DNA of 64,000 nt from Candidatus Calditenuaceae archaeon (GTDB taxonomy: Archaea > Thermoproteota > Nitrososphaeria_A > Caldarchaeales > Calditenuaceae). The stretch is from NCBI GenBank assembly GCA_025059595.1, contig JANXDI010000015.1:25872-89871 (forward strand). Reading direction: 5' to 3'. Both the position numbers and the translations under genes were made by a program. The stretch's first letter is position 1; each line of letters begins with the position of its first letter. Shown here one piece after another: positions 36,650-45,807 of the stretch. The notes under the pieces are model-generated. The model saw nothing but the letters and a program-made list of their open reading frames with translations. It was not told the origin of the DNA and searched no databases.

Positions 36650-38806
36650 ATGGACCCCCTGCTCTTCACAATTGTTGTTGGTTTGCTGGGCGCTGTCGCC
36701 TCCGTTCTCCTGATATGGTTCGTTGAGAGGCTTCCAAAAGGGCCGGAGTCTTTCGCCGTTATATGGCGCGCGATTCGTGAGGGGTCCGGAGCATATCTTA
36801 GGAGACAGTTCAGGACGATTGCCTTGATTGCGGCCGCCATCGCCGTTCTGATTCTGGGCAGCTTCTCCATCTTCCCACAGTTGGGGGGTGCTACATACGG
36901 TGCTGCGATGGCCGGGAGCTTCCTTCTCGGAGTCACCTTCTCTCTAACCGCAGCCTTCATCGCGATGGACGCTGCGACTAGGGCCAACGTTAGGACAACA
37001 TACGCTGCATCTCGGAGCAGCGTCGACGCACTCCGAGTTGCTACTCTTGGTGGCGCCTCGCTAGGCCTCGCCGTCATAGCAATGAGCCTGCTCGGCCTCT
37101 CCCTGCTTTATGTCGCCTTCAGGGACCCGGGACTTCTAGCAGGCTTCGGCTTCGGTGCGAGCCTAGCCGCGCTCTTTGCGCAGCTCGGTGGAGGGATTTA
37201 CACGAAGAGTGCTGATATCGGTGCTGACTTGGTGGGGAAGGTTGAGGCGGGGATACCTGAGGACGACCCGCGGAATCCTGCTGTCGTAGCTGACCTCGTA
37301 GGCGACAATGTGGGTGATGAGGCTGGTAGGGGTGCCGACCTCTTCGAGTCAGTGACTGCTGAGAACCTTGGAGGCATGATTATCGCTCTCGTGGTCTCGA
37401 TAATTCTCTTCAACGGCATCAACGAGCTCTACGTGGTTACGCCTCTGATAATTAGGGCGCTGGGTGTTATTGCAACTTTCGTAGGTATTTTCTGGGCTGC
37501 ATCGCGAAAGAGCTTCAAGGAGGCGATAGGCCCTCTTAGAGAGGGGCTTATAGTCACGAGCATTCTGGCCGCTATCTTGATGTATGCGGCTAGCTGGCTG
37601 ATATTTGGTCCTCAGGGGCTCCCCCTATACGCCGCGATGATTATCGGTCTCGTCGCTGGAGTCCTGATAATGTTCTACAGCGAATACTACACCGGACTGA
37701 GGTCTAAGTATGTCTCGCTCATAGCGCAGAACTCTCTCTCAGGGCCGGCCCTGACGACGATGACTGGCATATCTACGGGGATGATATCCTCCCTGCTTCC
37801 CGTAGTGACTGTCGTAATTGCTATTGCTTTATCGTTTATTCTTGGCAGCTACTGGTCCAGCCTATCTGGCCTCGGCGACCCTCTACTCGGTGGAATTTAT
37901 GGGACTACGATGGCGACCATGGGCATGCTCTCTACGGCGGGCTTCATCCTGACTATGGATGGTGTTGGGCCTATCGTGGACAACGCTGGGGGGATAGCTG
38001 AAATGGCAAACGCTGAGCCCACAATCAGGGAGCGGCTGGAACCGTTAGACGCTCTCGGAAACACAACAAAGGCGCTCACCAAGTCTTATGCCATGGGCTC
38101 CGCTGCCTTGGCCGCACTTCTACTTTTCCAAGCCTTTATCCTCGAAGTTGCCAGATACATGGCCGGAATCTTTGAGCTTGTGGCCATAGGGCCAGAGGAG
38201 GCTCATGGCCTTTTGAAGAGCGTCGGGGCGCTAACTACGGGGCTTCAGCTCAACTCTCCGGCCGTAGTTATCGGGCTCTTTATCGGCGGCATGATTCCTT
38301 TCCTCTTCTCCGGCCAGGCCATGAACGCCGTGGCAAGCGGGGCATATAGAATGGTGGAGGAGGTTAGGAGGCAGTTCTCGACAATTCCAGGGATACTGGA
38401 TGGGACTGGGCGGCCCGAGTATGGGAGGTGCGTCGACATATCCACATCGACGGCTCTGAGGCTCATGGTTGCGCCCACGCTGACTGTTACTCTCTCACCG
38501 ATTCTACTTGGCATGCTGCTTGGATGGCAGGCAGTAGGCGCCCTCGTCCTAGGTGCAACCATTACGGCGATTCCACTCGCTATTCTAGGATTCTATGGAG
38601 GGGCTGCGATGGATAATGCGAAGAAGCTTCTTGAGATAGGGGGGAAGAAGGGGACCGACGCCCATAAGGCAGCCGTGGTGGGGGACACTCTCGGAGACCC
38701 CATGAAGGACACTTACGCTCCCAGCCTTCACATTCTGATAAAGCTGCTGAACACTCTTTCGCTAGTCTTCATACCGCTCTTCATGACCGGGCTAATACCC
38801 CTCTAA
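36650..38806 (+). CDS. hppA: Membrane-bound H+-translocating pyrophosphatase, K+-independent type
   Basis: 'GGGIYTKSADIGADLVGKVEAGIPEDDPRNP', 'DNAGGIAEM', GNTTKA (Lys = K+-independent), 'GDTLGDPMKDT'. Confidence 0.95.
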   Translation: MDPLLFTIVVGLLGAVASVLLIWFVERLPKGPESFAVIWRAIREGSGAYLRRQFRTIALIAAAIAVLILGSFSIFPQLGGATYGAAMAGSFLLGVTFSLTAAFIAMDAATRANVRTTYAASRSSVDALRVATLGGASLGLAVIAMSLLGLSLLYVAFRDPGLLAGFGFGASLAALFAQLGGGIYTKSADIGADLVGKVEAGIPEDDPRNPAVVADLVGDNVGDEAGRGADLFESVTAENLGGMIIALVVSIILFNGINELYVVTPLIIRALGVIATFVGIFWAASRKSFKEAIGPLREGLIVTSILAAILMYAASWLIFGPQGLPLYAAMIIGLVAGVLIMFYSEYYTGLRSKYVSLIAQNSLSGPALTTMTGISTGMISSLLPVVTVVIAIALSFILGSYWSSLSGLGDPLLGGIYGTTMATMGMLSTAGFILTMDGVGPIVDNAGGIAEMANAEPTIRERLEPLDALGNTTKALTKSYAMGSAALAALLLFQAFILEVARYMAGIFELVAIGPEEAHGLLKSVGALTTGLQLNSPAVVIGLFIGGMIPFLFSGQAMNAVASGAYRMVEEVRRQFSTIPGILDGTGRPEYGRCVDISTSTALRLMVAPTLTVTLSPILLGMLLGWQAVGALVLGATITAIPLAILGFYGGAAMDNAKKLLEIGGKKGTDAHKAAVVGDTLGDPMKDTYAPSLHILIKLLNTLSLVFIPLFMTGLIPL

Positions 38807-39984
38807 GGCCTCTCCCCCAGCGTAACCTGAATGTCTAATTTTTCACCACTCCTCAAGACCGTCAAAATTACAGTATCACCCGGACTAGTCCTCTCTACCA
38901 TGTAGGTCAAGAGGTCGTCCATACTGCCAACAGGGCTCCCATTTATTGCGACAATGACGTCTCCCCCAACCCTATACTGTGTTCCAGCAACTGTGACAAC
39001 CCTCAAACCTCCCCTCACCCCCGCCTTATCAGCCGGCCCACCCGGGACGACCGTCTCGACAAGTAGCCCCCTACTAACGTTGAGGCCGATCTCCTTAGCC
39101 ACGAGGGCATTAATCTCGTTACCAGCTATCCCCAAATAACTGTGTCTATACGTGCCCTTTGAAATCAGGGCTGGAACTATCCTCTTAACAACGTTAGACG
39201 AGACCGCGTATCCTATGCCTGAAAACTGGCCCGTCGTCGACTCAATCGCAGTCGCGACACCTACTACTTCACCTCTCATATTCAGTATCGGACCACCTGA
39301 GTTTCCAGGATTAACCGCCGCGTCAATCTGTATTATCCCCGGGATAAGGTAGCCCCTGCCAGACTGGAGGAGCCTCCCCTTCTGGCTAACTATTCCGACG
39401 GTCACGCTGCCTGTCAGCTCGAAGGGATTCCCTATCGCTATTATCTGCTCGCCTATTCGGAGCTCGCTTGAGTCTCCAAGCTTGAGAGGCTTGAAAGTCA
39501 CGTACTCGCCTCCTGTGACGATTCTTAGGACCGCTAGGTCTGTGTCCGGGTCTCTTCCCACAAGCTCAGCCCTAAAGGCCGCGCCACCTATAAAGTAGAC
39601 AAAATATTCGACGCCTCCCTCAACCACGTGGTTATTCGTAATCACATGACCAGCGGAATCATAGACGAAGCCTGAGCCCACGGACTCTCCAAACCTGTAT
39701 AGCGTCTTTATCTCGACAACTGAGCCCTTGACTAGCTCATAGACCGACGTAATGTTATACTGTTGATGGGTTACGATCGTCTGAGGCTTGGGGCTGCTTT
39801 CGAGTTCTGTGAGCTCAGCCCTTGCTGCTTGAAGGTCGCGTCTCAGAGAATTCAGCTCAGCCTGCAGGCCGGCTAACTGGCTCGTCAGACTTCGCAGGTC
39901 CTGCTGATAACTCATGACCTGAAGAAAGAGAAGAGCCGCTATGGCAAGTGAGACCGCTGAAACGGCAAATGCCGCTTTACTCAA
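38803..39984 (-). CDS. HtrA/DegP-family serine protease with PDZ domain, membrane-anchored
   Basis: TNNHVV, DLAVL, 'NPGNSGGP', PDZ 'GGPADKAG...GDVI'; N-terminal TM plus coiled coil. Confidence 0.93.
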   Translation of the reverse strand: MSKAAFAVSAVSLAIAALLFLQVMSYQQDLRSLTSQLAGLQAELNSLRRDLQAARAELTELESSPKPQTIVTHQQYNITSVYELVKGSVVEIKTLYRFGESVGSGFVYDSAGHVITNNHVVEGGVEYFVYFIGGAAFRAELVGRDPDTDLAVLRIVTGGEYVTFKPLKLGDSSELRIGEQIIAIGNPFELTGSVTVGIVSQKGRLLQSGRGYLIPGIIQIDAAVNPGNSGGPILNMRGEVVGVATAIESTTGQFSGIGYAVSSNVVKRIVPALISKGTYRHSYLGIAGNEINALVAKEIGLNVSRGLLVETVVPGGPADKAGVRGGLRVVTVAGTQYRVGGDVIVAINGSPVGSMDDLLTYMVERTSPGDTVILTVLRSGEKLDIQVTLGERP

Positions 39985-41273
39985 CTCCCCCGCACCTCTC
40001 TAGCCACGAGCCTCTTCAACACCCTCTCAATACCGGTTCCATACTGAGCCGCCTTCTTTTCCCTCTCAACTAGCTCCTCCGGAAGCCCAGCAACCCTCGC
40101 AACCTCCCTCAACACCACCTTCCTAACACCGCCGGAAATTCTGAACTCGGGCGGCAGATTATATGTGTTACTGACGATTCGTTCATCTAAATAAGGCACA
40201 GTAAAGAGCGCGCCTCCTAATGCGGCGGAGGCGTAGTCTCTCGGAAGACCGGCTACCCAAAGCTCACTCAAGTCCTTCTTCATCTCTGCCACGGCAGCTA
40301 CGACGCCGCTGCTCTTAGCGAGGCGCAGATACTTCATATACCCACCGAAAAGCTCGTCCGCTCCCTGACCACTAACTACTTGCCTCCTCCCATCCAAGAC
40401 CGCACGGAGCGAGCTAACGTAGATAAGGACCGCGAGCGCCTCATCCATCTTGGAGCGTAGCGGCAGATTTCTCGCGAGATAATTTCGCGACTCCACTATC
40501 TCCTTCTCGCTTAAGGCAACTTCGAGATAATCAGCTCCCAAAAGCTCTGCCGCCCTCTTAGAGGCCAAGAGGTCGTGAGACCCAGTGAGGCCGGCGGAGA
40601 TGGCGAGAGGATTTAGGCCGAGAGTTAAGCATAACGACAGTAAAACAGAGCTGTCGAGACCGCCTGAGAAGAGCACAGCACATCCACGCGAGACAGACCT
40701 CCTAACTGAGGCCAGTAGCTCCTCATAAATCAGGTTAGCTGCATCCGATACGCTTGCAGGGGGTGGAGACGGAGGAAAACTTTTTATGACTTGCCCCTCG
40801 ACCCTAGACTCATCGAAGCTGACACGCATATTATAATTTGGCGGAACTACCCTCATTTCTCCCCCTTCGATTCCTAGCAGGAGCGGCGGACAGGAAGCCG
40901 CTATTAGTTCAGCTGTTCGGTAATAGGCGAGGGGCGGAGACCCAACCGGCCCCGACTTCACAACCACGCATTCACCGCTCAGACGAATCTCCGAGCAGAA
41001 AGGCGAGTCCCTCAGCTCTGTGAGGCCTAAAATCTTTGAGGGCTGGAGGCTGATTACGAATCCCTCTCCTCTCTCATCAATAACACCAAAGCCCGCGTGG
41101 TGGACCATAAGCCTCACCCTCCCTCGCAAATCGGCAAGCTCGCTGAGTGAGACCCGACCTCCGTCTATGAAGAATTCGCTCCTCGGCCAACGGTGTGATA
41201 GTCTGAGCACCCTGTCCAAGGGTGCTGGGAGTTGAGAATCTTGCCGGGAGACTATTACGCAGGCTATCGCCAT
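39981..41273 (-). CDS. Asparagine synthase-related protein (degenerate glutaminase domain)
   Basis: PP-loop SGGLDS, SGQGADELFGGY, 'PYLD', 'K..LR', 'KKAAQYGTG'; no N-terminal Cys1. Confidence 0.8.
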   Translation of the reverse strand: MAIACVIVSRQDSQLPAPLDRVLRLSHRWPRSEFFIDGGRVSLSELADLRGRVRLMVHHAGFGVIDERGEGFVISLQPSKILGLTELRDSPFCSEIRLSGECVVVKSGPVGSPPLAYYRTAELIAASCPPLLLGIEGGEMRVVPPNYNMRVSFDESRVEGQVIKSFPPSPPPASVSDAANLIYEELLASVRRSVSRGCAVLFSGGLDSSVLLSLCLTLGLNPLAISAGLTGSHDLLASKRAAELLGADYLEVALSEKEIVESRNYLARNLPLRSKMDEALAVLIYVSSLRAVLDGRRQVVSGQGADELFGGYMKYLRLAKSSGVVAAVAEMKKDLSELWVAGLPRDYASAALGGALFTVPYLDERIVSNTYNLPPEFRISGGVRKVVLREVARVAGLPEELVEREKKAAQYGTGIERVLKRLVAREVRGS

Positions 41274-41290
41274 CTAGACTTGCTGAGGCT

Positions 41291-41788
41291 CTAGTGGCTC
41301 TTTTCTCTCATAAGTCTTCTCTCTACTCTTCTCCGTAAAGGGTCTGGAAGCTGAATCTCCGGGTCGCTCCTAATTGCGGGGTGGTAAGGGTCAACCAATA
41401 TGACCTCGAACCACTTGTAGAGGCTGTCATACGTGAGTGGATAGCAGCCTATCGGATGGAGGTTAGGATACTTCTTCCTCGCCCTGTTTATCGCCTCTTC
41501 GGCCATCGTGACGTTTACTTTGTGTAGAACCGCGCCTATAGCCTTGGGCCGCCTTCCTGAGTTTGGGCGAGGCTTGCTGAAGCCGCCCCTCCTCACCCTA
41601 ACACGCAGGACCACGAATCCTTGCTTCGCCTTATAGCCGATGCCCCGGGCCCTGTCAAGCCTAAGAGGCCTCTCCACCCTGACGACAGAGGGCTCCCTTC
41701 TCCAGAGAATCCTCCTCTCCCTAAGCAGGACCTTCAGCTCCTCCGGCCTACTCCTCCAAAGCTCGTTCAGCTCCGAATACAGCCCCAT
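41291..41788 (-). CDS. rpl15e: 50S ribosomal protein L15e (short form)
   Basis: 'RLDRARGIGYKAKQG', 'VRVRRGG', 'GRRPK', 'KWFEVILVDP.HPAI.SD'. Confidence 0.93.
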   Translation of the reverse strand: MGLYSELNELWRSRPEELKVLLRERRILWRREPSVVRVERPLRLDRARGIGYKAKQGFVVLRVRVRRGGFSKPRPNSGRRPKAIGAVLHKVNVTMAEEAINRARKKYPNLHPIGCYPLTYDSLYKWFEVILVDPYHPAIRSDPEIQLPDPLRRRVERRLMREKSH

Positions 41789-41810
41789 GGCTTCAGCCCT
41801 TCCAGCCTCA

Positions 41811-41888
41811 TAAAAGCGGTATCACCCATGATAAAAACCCTAAAAGCGGTGCGAGAGTTGGCACGCTCCGTGAAGCGGTTTTATATAT
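41811..41888 (+). promoter_or_regulatory. Three AAGCGGT repeats at ~30-bp spacing abutting a TATA box
   Basis: TAAAAGCGGT at 41811 and 41841, GTGAAGCGGT at 41870, then TTTTATATA from 41879; divergent promoter between rpl15e and the RING gene. Confidence 0.45.
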
Positions 41889-41911
41889 CTGAGGAATTAG
41901 ATACATCAGGG

Positions 41912-42118
41912 TTGCTCAGACTCAAGGTCGGAGAATCTCTTGGAATGTGGGACTGGACAATAACCATCTGCAACGCCTGCTTATTAGAGATTGAAGATGA
42001 TGCAGAAGTATTCAAGTGCAGTAACTGTGGAGCTGCCTTCCACGTCGACTGCTTTAGAAACTTAAAGAGCACCAAGTCCGCATGCCCGAGGTGTAGGGTG
42101 AGCCTAGATGAGCAGTGA
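41912..42118 (+). CDS. Small stand-alone C4HC3 RING-like zinc finger protein
   Basis: CNAC-x12-CSNC-x4-H-x2-C-x10-CPRC-R. TTG 41912 (or ATG 41945) lies downstream of a TATA box; the track start 41621 overlaps rpl15e. Confidence 0.8.
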   Translation: MLRLKVGESLGMWDWTITICNACLLEIEDDAEVFKCSNCGAAFHVDCFRNLKSTKSACPRCRVSLDEQ

Positions 42119-42476
42119 AGAAGAGCCGAAGCCCGATGAGGAGGAAATAGTGGTTAACCTGATAGAGACTCCGAGGGGCCGCGTACCGGAGTTTGAGAGC
42201 ACCTTCCGCGCCCTCGAGAAGATATCGGCCCGCCTTTTGGAGCAGGATGAGAAGATTGAGAGGGTCGCAGCCCGGCTAGCGAGCGGGGGGCAGATAGCGC
42301 CGGGCCAGCTGAAAGAGATACTGCAGGCAGTGGAGTCGGTCAGGGCTGAGCTAGCGGCTCTAACTAAGAGGCTGGAGCTCCTCGAGGATAGCCTTGGGGA
42401 GATACAGGAGAGGCTGAACCTTCTAGACTACATAGCTGACATAATAGAGCGATATCTCAGGCCCCAAGAAGGCTAA
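42108..42476 (+). CDS. Small coiled-coil protein
   Basis: Heptad-rich E/L/R sequence; overlaps the RING gene by 11 nt. Confidence 0.7.
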   Translation: MSSEEEPKPDEEEIVVNLIETPRGRVPEFESTFRALEKISARLLEQDEKIERVAARLASGGQIAPGQLKEILQAVESVRAELAALTKRLELLEDSLGEIQERLNLLDYIADIIERYLRPQEG

Positions 42477-43327
42477 GTGACGCCGCGGAGCATTCCGCCC
42501 CGCAGCTCCTGCTTAATCCTCTCCAGCTCCCTCTTCTCCGACTCAAGCCGAGCAATCTCCTGAGTAAGCTGAGTCTTCCTCTTCTCCAGCCTCCTAACCT
42601 CCTCTGCGAGCTGAGAAAACTGCTTGTTATACTCCTCAGCGATGGACTTGGCCGCCTCCAGCTTCGAGATCTCCTCCCTCTTCCTCTCTTCGAGCCTAGT
42701 AAGCCGCTCAAGCCTCGCCTCTCTCACCTTAAACCTCCTATCCAGCTCCTTCACAGCCCTTTCAATACCCGCGACCGCCGAGTTTAGAGCCGAGACATAA
42801 GAGTCCTGAAGCTCCTTAATCTTCTCCTCGAGATAGGCCTTCCTCTCCTCAAGCTCGGCCACCTCTTTCTCAAAGCTCTTCAGAGACCTCTCCTTCTCGT
42901 CTATCTCTCGCCGCAGGTTTATCAGCTCCTGCCTTAGAATCTCTAGATTACTCTTCTCCTGCTCCAGCCTCTCCCTCTCCGACGCTATCGCTGCTCTGGC
43001 CTTTTCAAGGACCTCAACCTGCTCCCTCTGAAACTCTATAATCCTCGCAAGCTCCTCCTGCTGCTCCTGAAAAATTACTAAATAAGAGGTCAAGGACCTG
43101 AGGACATTCACGCCCTCAACAAATTCTCTGATTAGGTATTCGGGCTGTGTCGCGGCTAAAGCGTCGAATCTGTTGATTATTTCTTGGGCTGAGGCTCTAA
43201 TCTGGTTTATAACTGGCCCGGAAAGCGAGGACTCGATGTTCTGGAGGTGAATCATGATGTTTCTGAGGTTCTGGGAAATGGCCTCCAGCTCCTCTGAACG
43301 CCGCCCGATTATCGAGCCCATCTCCAC
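42473..43327 (-). CDS. Long coiled-coil protein
   Basis: ~190 aa of continuous E/K/R/L heptads; no ATPase motif. Confidence 0.75.
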   Translation of the reverse strand: MEMGSIIGRRSEELEAISQNLRNIMIHLQNIESSLSGPVINQIRASAQEIINRFDALAATQPEYLIREFVEGVNVLRSLTSYLVIFQEQQEELARIIEFQREQVEVLEKARAAIASERERLEQEKSNLEILRQELINLRREIDEKERSLKSFEKEVAELEERKAYLEEKIKELQDSYVSALNSAVAGIERAVKELDRRFKVREARLERLTRLEERKREEISKLEAAKSIAEEYNKQFSQLAEEVRRLEKRKTQLTQEIARLESEKRELERIKQELRGGMLRGVT

Positions 43328-43440
43328 TAACTTTCAATTATTCGGATATAAATCTATATTCCCTTGTAAGTGGGCGGGATTTTCGGCTACGTTGTGTGAA
43401 ACTCATTTATATATGGGCGGCGAGGTGTTAGTGCAGATAA

Positions 43441-44187
43441 ATGATCACCCAGGTTGGGGAGGCTTTAGCTCGGTTCAGCAGGATTGGGGCTCTTGTTTCG
43501 CTTCTGGGAGCTACCCATGCGCTCAGCCTGATACTTAACTGGTTTTCCATAAACTATGATGATGTCGGCCGCTCCATGATTGCGGGCTATACATTCATGG
43601 AGCCCCTCATGCTCTCACTGGCCGCTGGCGGAACCGCGGGTGTATCCTGCATATTGGCCTCAAACCTCAAGGATATCTCGAAACTCAGGCTAATTACGCC
43701 GCTTCTTTCATTCACCGCCGCGGGACTAGCTCTACTCTCCCCCCTCTACACATACCTCATCAAGCTTCCAAGTTTCGGAGGCCTCGACTATGCTCCGGAG
43801 ATAGGCTTATTCGCCGCGCTATTCACAGGGATAGCGATAGCAGGAGCCTCGGCTCTCGCGCTCATCGCAGGCCTGAGGACAAGAGTAACCACCCAGCTCT
43901 CGCCGCCACCTTATTGGACACCGGTGAGAGAGGAGCCTGAAACTTTCAGCGAGATAAGCGAGCCAATAGCCGAGACGCAAGTCACCGTTGTCGAGCCAAC
44001 ACCGGAGAGGGAGCCAAGGGGCCCTGAGACTCCGGAAGGCCAGTGCCTAATATGCGGAGACCTCGTCTCCACGGGCGAGCTTGAAGAGTGCAAATCTTGC
44101 GGCGCCTTATTTCACAAAGACTGTATGAATGTCTGGGTCGACTTGGGGAATAAGTGCCCAGCGTGCGGCGGCGAACTAAGGGGCTAA
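43441..44187 (+). CDS. Four-TM membrane protein with a C-terminal C4HC3 RING-like domain
   Basis: Four hydrophobic segments, P/E/T-rich linker, then CLIC-x11-CKSC-x4-H-x2-C-x3-W-x6-CPAC. Confidence 0.8.
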   Translation: MITQVGEALARFSRIGALVSLLGATHALSLILNWFSINYDDVGRSMIAGYTFMEPLMLSLAAGGTAGVSCILASNLKDISKLRLITPLLSFTAAGLALLSPLYTYLIKLPSFGGLDYAPEIGLFAALFTGIAIAGASALALIAGLRTRVTTQLSPPPYWTPVREEPETFSEISEPIAETQVTVVEPTPEREPRGPETPEGQCLICGDLVSTGELEECKSCGALFHKDCMNVWVDLGNKCPACGGELRG

Positions 44188-44262
44188 AGCCCCGCCGAAT
44201 AGGTGAGAAGGTTTAAGGAGGCAACCCGAGTTAAACAGCTATTTATTCTGCGTGTTTTTTGT

Positions 44263-45774
44263 TTGAGCGGGTTGCCCGAACAGCTCGCCGAGAATGTCGT
44301 CCAGCTAGCTTTAAGGAGGGGGTTCTTCAACCCCACGGCCGAGATATATAGGGGCTCAGCAGGCTTCTATGACCTCGGCCCCCTCGGCGCTCTAATGAAG
44401 GCTAACTTAGTGAACTACTGGCTTGAGACATTTGTGAGGCAGGAGACTTCATTTGATGTTTACCTGATTGACGGCTCACTTATACTTCCATTCGAAGCCC
44501 TCAAGGCATCTGGGCACGTTGACAAGTTCTCCGACCCTAAGGCCGAGTGTAGTAGGTGTGGCAGGGTTCATCGCCTGGACCAGCTCATAGAGGAGGGGCT
44601 CGGCGTTAAGGTTGAGGGTAAGAGTATAGAGGAGCTGCAGGAGATTGTGAGGATTAACGATGTCAGGTGCCCCAACTGCGGCGGTGAATTGACAGGCTTC
44701 AAGGAGCATCACCTAATGTTTAAGCTCGCGGTCGGTGGCGGAGAGGAGACAGCCTTTCTACGCCCAGAGACAGCTCAGAACATCTTCCTCAACTTCAAGA
44801 GAATCGCATATGCCATGAGGGCTAAACTCCCCTTCGCAGTAGCACAGGTTGGCAGGTCCTTCAGGAACGAAATCTCCCCACGCCAATCCATAATCAGGTT
44901 AAGGGAGTTCAGCCAGATGGAGATCGAGCTTTTCTTCTCGCCGAACCGGGACTATTCCATCAGGGACTTCGACGATGTCGGTGACACCATAATTAAGATA
45001 CTGACGAGGGAGGAGCAGAGGCATGGTGGCGAGGCTATTGAGATAAGGGCGAAGGATGCGGTTGAGGAGGGGATAGTCCCAAACAGGTTCCTCGCCTACT
45101 ACCTCGCTAAGGAGGTTAGGTTCTTCCAATCGCTGGGTATTCCGCCTGAGAACATGAGGTTTAGACATCTTCTACCCGAGGAGACCCCCCACTACTCCGG
45201 CGGAAACTTTGACTTGGAGGTGAAGTTCTCCTTCGGATGGAAGGAGATTGTCGGGAACGCGTATAGGCGCGACTACGACCTCACAGTCCACTCCAAGCAC
45301 TCTGGTGAGGACCTCTCAATCGATGACAACGGAGTCAAGATATTGCCTCACGTCGTTGAGCCGTCCTTTGGGGTTGAGAGAATACTATACGCAATTCTTG
45401 AGCACTCGTATCTTGAGGGAATGAGGGACTGGCCTGTCCTTAAGCTTCCGCGGATAGTTTCTCCTATGAAGGCCGCTGTCCTGCCACTACTCGATAGGGA
45501 GAACCTGACGTCTAAGGCTTGGGAAATCTACACAGCGCTCAGGAAAGGAAGGAGGCAGCTCTACGTTTTGTTTGACAACCGAGGCTCAATAGGAAGAAGA
45601 TACGCGAGGGCCGACGAGGCCGGAGTAAACCTCTGCATAACCATCGACTACCAGACACTTCAAGACAACACGGTGACGGTTAGGGACAGGGATACCGCAG
45701 AGCAGGTCAGGGCAAGGGTAGAAGACCTCGAGGAGCTCATCTTCAACGACATGTATAGAGGCCTTGAAGTCTGA
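44263..45774 (+). CDS. glyS: Glycine--tRNA ligase (alpha2 type)
   Basis: 'GFYDLGPLG', 'ASGHVDKFSDP', 'LRPETAQ', 'FRNEISPR', 'EPSFGVER', 'SIGRRYARADE'. Confidence 0.96.
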   Translation: MSGLPEQLAENVVQLALRRGFFNPTAEIYRGSAGFYDLGPLGALMKANLVNYWLETFVRQETSFDVYLIDGSLILPFEALKASGHVDKFSDPKAECSRCGRVHRLDQLIEEGLGVKVEGKSIEELQEIVRINDVRCPNCGGELTGFKEHHLMFKLAVGGGEETAFLRPETAQNIFLNFKRIAYAMRAKLPFAVAQVGRSFRNEISPRQSIIRLREFSQMEIELFFSPNRDYSIRDFDDVGDTIIKILTREEQRHGGEAIEIRAKDAVEEGIVPNRFLAYYLAKEVRFFQSLGIPPENMRFRHLLPEETPHYSGGNFDLEVKFSFGWKEIVGNAYRRDYDLTVHSKHSGEDLSIDDNGVKILPHVVEPSFGVERILYAILEHSYLEGMRDWPVLKLPRIVSPMKAAVLPLLDRENLTSKAWEIYTALRKGRRQLYVLFDNRGSIGRRYARADEAGVNLCITIDYQTLQDNTVTVRDRDTAEQVRARVEDLEELIFNDMYRGLEV

Positions 45775-45807
45775 GATTCATTCTGAAAAAACTTTGGCTG
45801 GCCCGGT

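Noticed and set aside
35748-36650. Integrated mobile element at the tRNA genes
   Set aside because: No integrase or transposase, and no duplicated tRNA 3' end was seen at either tRNA.
41811-41880. Mini CRISPR array
   Set aside because: Repeats are only 7-10 bp with ~20-bp spacers, and there are no cas genes in the window.
42108-43327. SMC, CdvA/ESCRT-III or arcadin assignment for the coiled-coil proteins
   Set aside because: No Walker motifs, hinge, PRC barrel or neighbouring crenactin/cdv genes; only generic heptad similarity.
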